64,000 nucleotides of DNA from Candidatus Latescibacterota bacterium (GTDB lineage Bacteria; Latescibacterota; UBA2968; GCA-2709665), in NCBI GenBank assembly GCA_965248435.1, contig OZ252100.1, positions 2,240,001-2,304,000 of the forward strand, in the 5' to 3' direction. Shown here piece by piece: positions 38,168 to 46,976 of this stretch; the first letter of the stretch is position 1; every line of letters begins with the position of its first letter. The notes beneath the pieces were generated by a model. It did no database searches. It saw only the letters and a list, made by a program, of their open reading frames with translations, and had not been told where the DNA came from. The translations under genes and the position numbers were made by a program.

Positions 38168-40861
38168 TTAAGAGGGTTTGCGGTCGAGCAGCTCCACGAC
38201 TCCGGTCTGGCCATCCAACCTCATTCCCGTCTTCAGGATCCGAGTGAGGTCCCTGACGCCCACCACCGTGGGAAGTCCCATCTCTCGCGCGACGATAGCG
38301 GAGTGAGAAAGAAGGCCCCCCCGCTCCACCAGAAGTCCAGATGCCGAAGGAAAGAGCGGGATCCAACCCGGATCTGTTCTCAGGGCCACGAGAATCTCGC
38401 CATCCAATTCCATGCTTTCATCCGGGGAGAGGATCACTTTCACATTGCCTTCGACACGACCGGGACAGCAACCCGTGCCCTTCAGGCGGTTCCCGTCCAG
38501 GCCTTCGCCATCGGAGGCGTCCTCATTCGAGAAACAATCGTTCGACCAGTATACGGGGCCGTGCGTCGAGAACCGCCGAGCCGGTTCCAGTTTTTCGTAG
38601 CGAGCGTATTCGGCCTGTCGAAGGGCAACCAGGGCGCGCAGATCCTGGACGGTCAGGGAGCCTTCGACTGTGCCGTGAAGCTCCTCGAGGGTCAGATAGA
38701 AAATGTCCTCCGGGCGATCGATCATCGACCGAAGGGTATAGTCATTGCCGATTCCGTAAAACATCGCGCGAACCACCCCGTAAATTCGCGTCCTGCAAAA
38801 ACGCGTGGTTTCACGGTTCCTGACCGCTTTGCGGGCGTGCTTGAGCACCCGCAGATAAACGAAGCGTCTGGCGACCGTGAGCCCGCTACGAACGACCTTC
38901 TCTGCAGCCGTCCTGATCGCGCGCTCCCTTCCTTCCTGGGCCTCGAGCTCTGTAGATCCGGAGCGCAGGTAGTTCTTGAGACAGACGAAGAGGAAAGACG
39001 GATCCTGGTGTAAGTCCTTTTGCTCCAACTTCATTTCGTTCATGCAGCGGAAACCGTACTGCTCAACGTAATGGTCGATCTTGGTGAGAAATTCCGTGTA
39101 GCCCGATCTGTTCAGCACCTCGAGACACGTTTCCTCAGGCTCGGATTCGATCAAGCGCCTCAGCCCAGAGTCGCCTGCGACTTCGACGGCAAGCCGTATG
39201 AGCTCACGCGTAGGCTCTGCAGACTCGATGCTTCCTTCGCCGCACAGCAGATCGTTCTGCAGGCCGTCTCCAAGGTGTCCCAGCCACCTCGAAGTAAGCT
39301 TCTTCAGGAGACCAAAATGGATCATGCAGAGATAGTCATTGACGATGGGTGCCTTCCAGTGCCACAACAAACGAGCTTCCAACTCTCGAAAGTCCGCGAG
39401 TATCTGGTCCGCTCGCATGCGGGAGTAATCCTTCTTTCGGAACTCGCCGTAGACCTCGTGAAAATGGGAAAGGAATCGATTCACCATCGACTGAATGACG
39501 AAATGAAAGCCCAAGAACTTGAGGCCGGTAACTAGACGTCGCAATCGGGCGGCCATTCTTCCGTACTTTCCTCCTCCTGCAGTTCGGTCGGCCAGCTCCG
39601 CCTCCAGGCTCCGGTCGGTTCCCATCATCGTCTCCATAAACGCACGGTTGTGTCTGTATAGTGGCAGGACACTCGTCAGCCGATACCAGTTGAGGAGGTT
39701 GTAGTAGATCCTGCCATTGAAGCAGCCGAGCATGTTGCTGAGGAAGCGGTCCATCCTCCGAATTTGCTTTCGAGGGAGCAGCAAAATTTCACAGAACTGC
39801 TGGTATACCCGGTGGTATGCAAAACGGGCAAACGTGAACGTAAGCGGCAGAGTGATACCTCCGTAACTCTCAACGATGTTGGAGTTGTCCCAAATCTGGA
39901 ACAGGCCTTCACGACCCTGTAAGGCCGTGGTGACGGGCCGAGACTGAAGCAGATAGAGGCGCCCATCCTTCAAGCCCCATTCGATGTCCTGGGGGTGTCC
40001 GTAGAATCCCTCCACACTTTTTCCCATTGAGGCGAGCTGCACGAGCTCTTCCCGAGTGAGCGAAGGGCGCTCCTTTAGTCCCTCGGGCACGGATGTTTCT
40101 GTAACGCCTCCCCCCACATCTCTTCTCACCAGTTTCCGAGGCTTGGGCACGATTTCCTGACTGATGACCCGATCGTTTTCCTTGTCGAGTACAAACGTGT
40201 CGCCGTCAAACCGGCCCGAAACGAGCCCCTCACCGAGTCCGAAGACGGAGTTTATCGTAACCCTCGAACGATCATTCTTCACGGGATCACAGGTGAAGAG
40301 CACGCCGCTCCTGTCGGTCTCTATCATCTCCTGAAAGACCACTGCGACGTCGATGTCACCGGTGGGATCCACACAGCGTTGCGTTCTGTAGCTGAGACTG
40401 CGTTCCGAGTAGGCGGAGGCCCAGCACGCCTTGACCTTTTGCAGGGCCTCTTCTGGAGACTGGATGAAAAGAAAGCTGCTCAGTTGGCCGGCAAAAGAGT
40501 GGTCGTGCGAGTCCTCACCGACTGCCGAAGACCTCACTGCGATAGGGGCCGGATCGAAGAGGGCATAGGCTGCCCTAACTTCTTCCTCGACATCAGGGGG
40601 AAGCGGTGTTTGGAGTATGAGTTTCTGAATTTCGGCTGAAACCCTGGCGTGATCCTCAAGTTGCTTCAGATGGTCACCGATGGCGCGCTCCAGACCGGCG
40701 GCGCGTCGGAAGCGCCTGAACAGGTCTGCGCCCAGGATGACCCACCGCGGGACGGGGAACCCCTCCCGCGTCAGCAGGTAGAGATTGAAGCCTTTCCCTC
40801 CGGCCTCTCTTCGTGCGAAGGCCTGGGGAGTCTGTTCGGTGATGAGATTGGCAGGTGTCAT
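38168..40861 (-). CDS. PEP-synthase / rifampicin-phosphotransferase-like dikinase
   Basis: GGKG, AVRSSAVGED..SFAGQ, DIEW, LQSRPVT, NIVESYGG; C-terminal TDPGW..GGLLSHSAIVARE phospho-His domain; ATGA overlap. Confidence 0.9.
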   Translation of the reverse strand: MTPANLITEQTPQAFARREAGGKGFNLYLLTREGFPVPRWVILGADLFRRFRRAAGLERAIGDHLKQLEDHARVSAEIQKLILQTPLPPDVEEEVRAAYALFDPAPIAVRSSAVGEDSHDHSFAGQLSSFLFIQSPEEALQKVKACWASAYSERSLSYRTQRCVDPTGDIDVAVVFQEMIETDRSGVLFTCDPVKNDRSRVTINSVFGLGEGLVSGRFDGDTFVLDKENDRVISQEIVPKPRKLVRRDVGGGVTETSVPEGLKERPSLTREELVQLASMGKSVEGFYGHPQDIEWGLKDGRLYLLQSRPVTTALQGREGLFQIWDNSNIVESYGGITLPLTFTFARFAYHRVYQQFCEILLLPRKQIRRMDRFLSNMLGCFNGRIYYNLLNWYRLTSVLPLYRHNRAFMETMMGTDRSLEAELADRTAGGGKYGRMAARLRRLVTGLKFLGFHFVIQSMVNRFLSHFHEVYGEFRKKDYSRMRADQILADFRELEARLLWHWKAPIVNDYLCMIHFGLLKKLTSRWLGHLGDGLQNDLLCGEGSIESAEPTRELIRLAVEVAGDSGLRRLIESEPEETCLEVLNRSGYTEFLTKIDHYVEQYGFRCMNEMKLEQKDLHQDPSFLFVCLKNYLRSGSTELEAQEGRERAIRTAAEKVVRSGLTVARRFVYLRVLKHARKAVRNRETTRFCRTRIYGVVRAMFYGIGNDYTLRSMIDRPEDIFYLTLEELHGTVEGSLTVQDLRALVALRQAEYARYEKLEPARRFSTHGPVYWSNDCFSNEDASDGEGLDGNRLKGTGCCPGRVEGNVKVILSPDESMELDGEILVALRTDPGWIPLFPSASGLLVERGGLLSHSAIVAREMGLPTVVGVRDLTRILKTGMRLDGQTGVVELLDRKPS

Positions 40862-41772
40862 GAAACCCAGTCCGCATATCGGGTGGTAAGAACGCCTGAG
40901 TATACAAACACGATGTAGGCCGACGATAAAGCGCGATAGAGCCTGCAGAAGAGTGAGCAATCCTTCGCTGCATAGAGCACTCCGGTCACTACGACCGGGG
41001 AGGAGACGACGGCGATGAAGAAGAGGAGCGAAGATCTGCCAGGCAGTACACCATTGAAAAGCCACAGGACCCAGGCCATCATGCCCAGCACAAGGGCGAC
41101 CGCACCGTAGCGGCCGAAGACCTTCGAGTAAGAGTCGGCACCCGGGCGCTCTTCGTCCGAGCTAAACGTCTTGCGACCGAACTCGAAAATGTTGAACAGA
41201 CACCAGCTGCCGAGGGCCAAACGGTAATGAGCCGCTGTCAATGACCACGGAAATCGGGAGGTCACCGCCGAAAAGATGGCTAGAGAAAGGAGAATGGAGA
41301 CTGCAGTGTGCGTCACCGCGTAGGTCGTCAAGCGCGGGCGAAGGTGTCGAGACAGGAAGAACTCCTTGTACATCAGGAGCGAGTAGCAGATCGCCATCAA
41401 CATGGCAATTCCCGAATGCGTTCCAAACGTGGAGAATACCGCCAGCTCCACGACGATGCAGACCACGATCCCGATTTGGAGGTCCCGATGGCTTACAAGA
41501 CCGCGGACCAGAGGGCGTCCACGGTTCAGTCGACTGTCGACGGCGAAGTCCTTGATCTCGTCATATAGGCGAAGCTTGAAGAAGAAGGCGAGAGTGGCCG
41601 CAACCAGAGCGGCGAACCGCGCGGGGTTAAAGGGCGGCACGTCTTGATCGCCAGATAGCGTCGCCCCGACAGCGTAATGGGCGGAGACAAACACGGTGAC
41701 CGTGAGAAGATAGGAGAGAGGTGAAAACCGTTCTCGCGCAAAAGTCATCCATCTGGAGAGTTCGTGGATCAT
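40858..41772 (-). CDS. UbiA-family prenyltransferase-like membrane protein
   Basis: LRLYDEIKDFAVD...RPLVRGLVS Asp-rich motif; FEFGRK..EE...DSYS second motif; multiple TM helices. Confidence 0.85.
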   Translation of the reverse strand: MIHELSRWMTFARERFSPLSYLLTVTVFVSAHYAVGATLSGDQDVPPFNPARFAALVAATLAFFFKLRLYDEIKDFAVDSRLNRGRPLVRGLVSHRDLQIGIVVCIVVELAVFSTFGTHSGIAMLMAICYSLLMYKEFFLSRHLRPRLTTYAVTHTAVSILLSLAIFSAVTSRFPWSLTAAHYRLALGSWCLFNIFEFGRKTFSSDEERPGADSYSKVFGRYGAVALVLGMMAWVLWLFNGVLPGRSSLLFFIAVVSSPVVVTGVLYAAKDCSLFCRLYRALSSAYIVFVYSGVLTTRYADWVS

Positions 41773-43503
41773 TGGGCTTGCTCCTCTTGCAGTTGAAGCC
41801 GGAGCAGATCGTATTCCACCTTGCTGTGATGCCGGGGATCCATAGGGATCATCTCTCGGAAGACGACCTCGTGGACTGGAAGACCATTCTTCGACATCAC
41901 ACGCTCGATCTCACGCCGCCACCCGGCCCCGTTACTGCCGGGGACCGCGCACGGATCACCGGGAACGATGACGCATACGCATCTTTCCCCGAGGGTCGGG
42001 TCGGGCATGCCCAGGTAGGCGGCGAGCCTAACAAAAGGAAGGTTCTTCATGATGATCTCCGCCTTGACAGGAAACACATACTTGCCATCCGTCTGTATGG
42101 CGTTGTGGACCCGACCAACGATCCATAGGTGGCCATGTCTGTCTATGCGCCCCAGGTCGCCGGTGCGGTGGTAAACGACACCGGTGGTGTCGCGGATCTT
42201 GGCCAGACGGAAGGCATTCGGATCGTTGTAATAGTCCGAACAGACGTGCTCACCCGCGACGATAAGCTCTCCAACCTCCCCGGGGCGCACTTCGAGATCC
42301 TCCCAGTCCTCTTCCGACTGCAGATCGATAGGGCCCCGAGTGATTTTCAGAAGCTTCCAGTCGAGCCCGGGGTGGATCGGACCCACGTCCACACCTTCGT
42401 CCACACCTTCGTCCACGCATTCGGAATCCGCCTTGTCAAGCGACTTCCCTGCCAGAAGCTCGCGGGCCTCGATGTGGGCGATGGGTTCCACCTCGGTAGA
42501 GCCATAAAGCACCAGCACATCAGAACCGGGAGCGGTAGTCGTGAAATCGATCAGGTCATCTCGGCTTATCGGCGCCCCACCTGTGATGCGATCGCCTGAG
42601 ATATTTGATGGATATTCGGTTCCGAAGGCAATAACGGGAGACTGAATTCAGCAGGGATGGCGAAAAAGTGGCACACGTAACATTGCAGGCCTTCATCTGA
42701 GCCAGCAATGTCAGAGGGTCGTGCTCACTGGGGGCCCCAAGGTCGATGGCAGGGATGACGGTCGTCGCCCCGGCGGCGATGTTGTTCAGGCAAAAGATCG
42801 GGAAGACGGGAAGGTCGACATCAGACGGCAGATAGGGAATAATCTCATTCAGGGCATAGTGCTGGCCCGCCAAGAAACGATGTGTCCGGTTGGCGCCCTT
42901 TGGCTGACCGGAGCTTCCCGTTGTGAAGGTGATGAGCGCCGTATCCTCCTGCGCAACTGGAGTGACAGCCGCTTCCGCTTCCGTCTCGATCAGCTCTTCG
43001 ATGCTGGCGGTGTATACCTTGTCTGTGGGGCCCGCCGAGACCTTGATGGGTATCGAGACCAGCCCGGGTTCGGCTTCATAAGCGAGAAACGCCTGGTCCA
43101 GGCTTACCATGGCCTTTGGCGTGGTCATTTGAGCGGTGACGCCCAGATTTCGGCGCCTGGCCCAGGAGTCCAGGAAAACAGGAATGGCGCCTATTCGCTG
43201 AAGAGCAAACATCACTGTGTACATTCCGACTGACATCGGGAGGAAAACGATTACGCGATCCCCTTTTTGAATGCTCAACTCGCGGAAGCCTGCCGCCATC
43301 CGACGGACGCCCCGGGCAAACTGATCCAGCGTAATGGACTCGTGATCGAGGAGATCGTCGAGTCGAAAGGACCAGCGACTTAGTTTTTCCCGGGGAACCC
43401 AGTGGAAGATGATATGCTCCGGGTCTTTCTCCAGATTGTGCTCTATAAAGGTGACGACGTTGTTGTCCGGTGTGTCACCCGCCCTGTACCCGATGGTGCT
43501 CAT
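41769..43503 (-). pseudogene. AMP-binding acyl-CoA synthetase / OleC-like, frameshifted near 42590 (or sequence error)
   Basis: N-part has TFTTGSSGQPKG; the other frame continues ITGGAPISR..YGSTEVEP, HRTGDLG, RHHSK; ATG 43503 after AAAGGAGG. Confidence 0.85.
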
Positions 43504-43540
43504 GCTGCCTCCTTTGCAAGGACTCCTTGGTTCGCGGTGC

Positions 43541-44287
43541 TCATAGCTCGATTCCCAGCTTGCGTAGCGTTCGCACCTTTTTTCCATCTGGTGTCCTGGT
43601 GTAGATTGGACGCCTGCAGATATTGGGGATTCCTTCGGGCAGGGTTGCCTCCTGGTCGACTCGGTCGAATACGGTTGCGAGCGCCCCTGCTTCTTCGGGA
43701 CCTGTCCTGGACAGGTAGCTTAGATAATTGCGTTCGGCACCCGAAGAAACCTGATGCCGCACGAGGATCTTCCCCGTATCGATCTTCGGCTCCATCACGT
43801 GAATCGTGAAGCCCGCTGGCCGTCCTTCGGCAAGCGCATAAAGGTCACAGAGAACTCCGCGGTGTCTCGGGAGGATTCCGTGATGAATATTCACACATCC
43901 CAACCGAGGCGCGTTCAGGATCCTTGAGCGATAGATGCAGCGGGTCCTCACATTCACCACAAGATCGATATCCTGCGCTTCAATCCATTCAGCGACCCAG
44001 TCCTCATTCACACTCTTAGCCCGTAAAACCGGAAGGCAGTTTCTCTTGAAAAGGCGCTCGCGCTTCTTGAGGGGAAGCTCAGCAATGTTCCGTACCAGTG
44101 TTTTGGCGATCCCTCGAGCCCCCTGCCAATAGATGCCCCCGAGGCTGCCGACCAAGTTGATAGAATGCCCTCCGAGAAGCATGAGGCCGGCGAGGTGACG
44201 ACGCGAGCGCACAAACAGTTCCTTGAAAAATGGCTGATGGTTGTCGGGCACGTAAGTCAAAGCTGAGGTCACGATCAATGCTTTCAT
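43541..44287 (-). CDS. Formyltransferase family protein
   Basis: DLVVN, CVNIHHGILPRHRG, GFTIHVMEPKIDTGKI (N10-formyl-THF motifs). Confidence 0.88.
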   Translation of the reverse strand: MKALIVTSALTYVPDNHQPFFKELFVRSRRHLAGLMLLGGHSINLVGSLGGIYWQGARGIAKTLVRNIAELPLKKRERLFKRNCLPVLRAKSVNEDWVAEWIEAQDIDLVVNVRTRCIYRSRILNAPRLGCVNIHHGILPRHRGVLCDLYALAEGRPAGFTIHVMEPKIDTGKILVRHQVSSGAERNYLSYLSRTGPEEAGALATVFDRVDQEATLPEGIPNICRRPIYTRTPDGKKVRTLRKLGIEL

Positions 44288-44342
44288 GGCTTCGCCTAAT
44301 GCAGTTGTGAATTCCTTCCAGCGAGATCCGCTAATAGGGGAT

Positions 44343-44358
44343 TGCAAAGGGCGTACCA
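44343..44358 (-). promoter_or_regulatory. sigma54 -24/-12 promoter (formyltransferase to DUF3419 operon)
   Basis: Minus strand TGGTAC-GCCCT-TTGCA. Confidence 0.85.
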
Positions 44359-44462
44359 ATCGCGTTTACCCTCTCATCGAACTGTTCGTATCTGTTTCGT
44401 GAACAGCAATTTACAGAAATTGATTCTGAATACCTCCTCGCGGCGATAACGATGTGAACGAC

Positions 44463-44477
44463 TTGCGTGATGTTGCG
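44463..44477 (-). promoter_or_regulatory. Putative upstream activator sequence 2
   Basis: Minus strand CGCAACATCACGCAA, ~105 bp upstream of the -24 box. Confidence 0.6.
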
Positions 44478-44494
44478 CAAGACTTCGTGCAATC

Positions 44495-44529
44495 AAAAAA
44501 GGGCCCACACTTCGAAAAGTGTGAGCCCT
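44495..44529 (-). terminator. Intrinsic terminator of the activator gene
   Basis: agggc(c)cacactt-cgaa-aagtgtg(a)gccct with T-tract on the minus strand. Confidence 0.8.
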
Positions 44530-44579
44530 CGATGCTCCGACTAAGCTCAGCCGATGTTGCGGCTTCTTTAAGTAGCTCT

Positions 44580-46595
44580 TTAGGCGATTATATCTGACTC
44601 CGACTGCGCTCGAAGCAAATCCCTTCCGTCCTGCGACAACTCGTAGACGCGAGCCGCCCCTCGCTTGTGCCAGTCCAGATAGCCGAGGTCGGTCAGCTTT
44701 CTCAGGTCGTTCTGAAACGTCCTTCGGGAATCTCCGCTTCCCGATGCAGGGGACGCGATACGATTCATCACCTCGTTTACCGCGGAACCCCCCTCCTGCC
44801 GATGAACGACCTCCAGAATCCGCCTCTGCCTCTGACTCAGGGATCGCAGAGGCGGAGCCGGCCTTCGGGTCTGCGTACCCAGCGCGTGAGAGATGTCTGA
44901 TTCCGTAAGGGTTGGGCCTTTGGCGTAAACGGCAACGGCGCGTTCGATTGAATTTATAAGATCCCTCACATTGCCCGGCCAGGCGTGGTTCATCAGCCGA
45001 TCGATCGCAGATCGCGAAAAGCCGCGGAGCACCTTGCCCGAACGCTGCGAGATCCGCTCGAGGAAGGTCTGAGCCAGCAGTGGGATATCCTCCGGGCGCT
45101 CCCTCAAAGGGGGCAACCGGAGAGGAAGGACATTCAGTCGGAAATAGAAGTCCTCTCGGAACTCACCCCGGGCAATCATCTCCTCCAGATCCCGGTTGGT
45201 CGCGGCGACGATCCTCACGTCGGTCTGAATCGTCTCAGTTCCCCCAACCCGTTCGAAGGCCTGTGTCTCCAGAACTCGCAGCAGCTTGATCTGAGTAACC
45301 TGCGGAATGTCTCCCACCTCGTCCAGGAACAGGGTTCCTTGGTGAGCCAGCTCGAACCGACCCGGCTTCGCACGGTCGGCGCCTGTAAACGCCCCCTTCT
45401 CATACCCGAACAGTTCGCTCTCTAGCAGCGTTTCGGAAAACGCAGCGCAGTTCACTGCCACAAAGGGTTTTTCCTGGCGTAAGCTGTTCTGGTGGACGGC
45501 CCTTGCGGCCAACTCTTTACCTGTCCCTGTCTCACCCAGGAGCAACACGGTTAGATCTGACGCGGCCACCTGTTGAATCGTCTGACGGACCTGACGCATC
45601 TGCGGACTGTCGCCGATCAACCCGTGAACCCGATCCTCACTTTCCAACGCGCGCACCCGCATCTCCAGCGTCTTGATCCGCTCGAGATAATACTCCAGAT
45701 CCTTCCGATGTATGGCCTCGAGAATCGTTTGCGAGCGGGCAAGAATCTCGCCGTCATCCTGCAGCCGGATCATACGCGTTTCCGGTCTCCAGGTCAGCGT
45801 CCACCCGCAGGAACAAGCCTTTGCGATTTCTGCCCGGGCGGGGTTGTCCAGCTCCTCAATCCGCCCGTGCATCTCAATGCGCGGATCCTCCGCAAACGTA
45901 TCCCCATATAGCTGAAGTGTGCCCTGGATATGGAGCGCGGTGTCCATGAAGAAGGCCCCGATGTCCTTTTCCAGCCCGAAAGGCTTGAGGCACGCCGCAA
46001 GCCGTTCACGGTTCGCATAGTGAAAGTGAATCTGAAGCTGGTTTTCCCCGTCGGCACGCATCTCGATATGGACAAGGTCGCCCGTAAAGATCTGGCTCAG
46101 GACCAACGGCCCCAGCCACTGCAACAGTACCCCGATGTTGCGCTGGTCGTGAGCCGGTGGCAAAGCGGTGATCAAGAGCCCAATGAGACTGATCCATTCC
46201 TTGTGGGGTTCAACGGCCACACCCCCACCGCCACGTCCCATCCCCACGCAAAAATATTCAGGTTTGGGGACATCGGAATAGGTCTTGGCGAATTCGAACA
46301 GGAACTGGACCACGTGGACAAACGTATAGCCCGGATGCGCCATCAACAGCTCGTACTCCTCTGGACTGGCAAGCGCACGGAGTTCCTCGGACAGGCGCTG
46401 CCCTGCGGCCGCATCCACCTCGTTCGTCAAATACCGCACCGTCGTCTGGGCCAGCCGATTCGTCACCACGATCGACTGTTCCTGGGGGCTGAGCGACGCA
46501 AGATCGGCGTTTAGACCCGTGATCTGTACCGCTTTTCGCAGCCGTTTGAGAAAATCAGATTCGGCGGCCGTCTGCGTGGACGACGGTTTTGCCAT
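44580..46595 (-). CDS. sigma54-dependent enhancer-binding protein with unrecognised N-terminal domain and wHTH C-terminus
   Basis: [48 protein letters not shown]; C-terminal [18 protein letters not shown]. Confidence 0.93.
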   Translation of the reverse strand: MAKPSSTQTAAESDFLKRLRKAVQITGLNADLASLSPQEQSIVVTNRLAQTTVRYLTNEVDAAAGQRLSEELRALASPEEYELLMAHPGYTFVHVVQFLFEFAKTYSDVPKPEYFCVGMGRGGGGVAVEPHKEWISLIGLLITALPPAHDQRNIGVLLQWLGPLVLSQIFTGDLVHIEMRADGENQLQIHFHYANRERLAACLKPFGLEKDIGAFFMDTALHIQGTLQLYGDTFAEDPRIEMHGRIEELDNPARAEIAKACSCGWTLTWRPETRMIRLQDDGEILARSQTILEAIHRKDLEYYLERIKTLEMRVRALESEDRVHGLIGDSPQMRQVRQTIQQVAASDLTVLLLGETGTGKELAARAVHQNSLRQEKPFVAVNCAAFSETLLESELFGYEKGAFTGADRAKPGRFELAHQGTLFLDEVGDIPQVTQIKLLRVLETQAFERVGGTETIQTDVRIVAATNRDLEEMIARGEFREDFYFRLNVLPLRLPPLRERPEDIPLLAQTFLERISQRSGKVLRGFSRSAIDRLMNHAWPGNVRDLINSIERAVAVYAKGPTLTESDISHALGTQTRRPAPPLRSLSQRQRRILEVVHRQEGGSAVNEVMNRIASPASGSGDSRRTFQNDLRKLTDLGYLDWHKRGAARVYELSQDGRDLLRAQSESDIIA

Positions 46596-46636
46596 GTGAG
46601 AGCTCCGGAAATGATGAAGAATCTGCGAAACTGTAT

Positions 46637-46670
46637 GCAAGAAGATGCAATGATACGCAATCTCGCGCAA
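46637..46670 (+). promoter_or_regulatory. Putative upstream activator sequence 3
   Basis: Four GCAA boxes at exact 10-bp period; core CGCAATCTCGCGCAA at 46656-46670. Confidence 0.65.
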
Positions 46671-46791
46671 CGCCAAAAACGTCCCAGTGAATGAACCTCG
46701 TGGGACAGCGGATTCCGGATTCTGATCTATCTGACATAAAAATAACATCTTAAGAAAATTTATCTCCCTGCAGCAAGTTTTGGCAGCTGGG

Positions 46792-46807
46792 TGGCACGGC
46801 ACGTGCC
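46792..46807 (+). promoter_or_regulatory. sigma54 -24/-12 promoter of the TonB receptor
   Basis: TGGCAC-GGCAC-GTGCC, invariant GG-N10-GC kept. Confidence 0.65.
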
Positions 46808-46976
46808 TATCCGGTCAACGGCCTATCGGGACTTGGACAGTCCACCCTCAGAGAAAGCGGATAATCCTCACAAAGACGAATCCCGAGTTTCCATCCCGAC
46901 GGCCCAATCTCGTGCAAAGCGATCAAAACATTGCTATAATACTAACGTCGGGCAAACCTCAGCGAAGAGGAGCGTC

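Noticed and set aside
38168-40861. Calling this ppsA or a rifampicin resistance gene
   Set aside because: Lacks the C-terminal pyruvate-binding barrel of PpsA; operon context is biosynthetic
46810-46976. Cobalamin or c-di-GMP riboswitch before the TonB receptor
   Set aside because: No B12-box elements seen; GGCAAACC near 46951 lacks the downstream GACGCAAA stem
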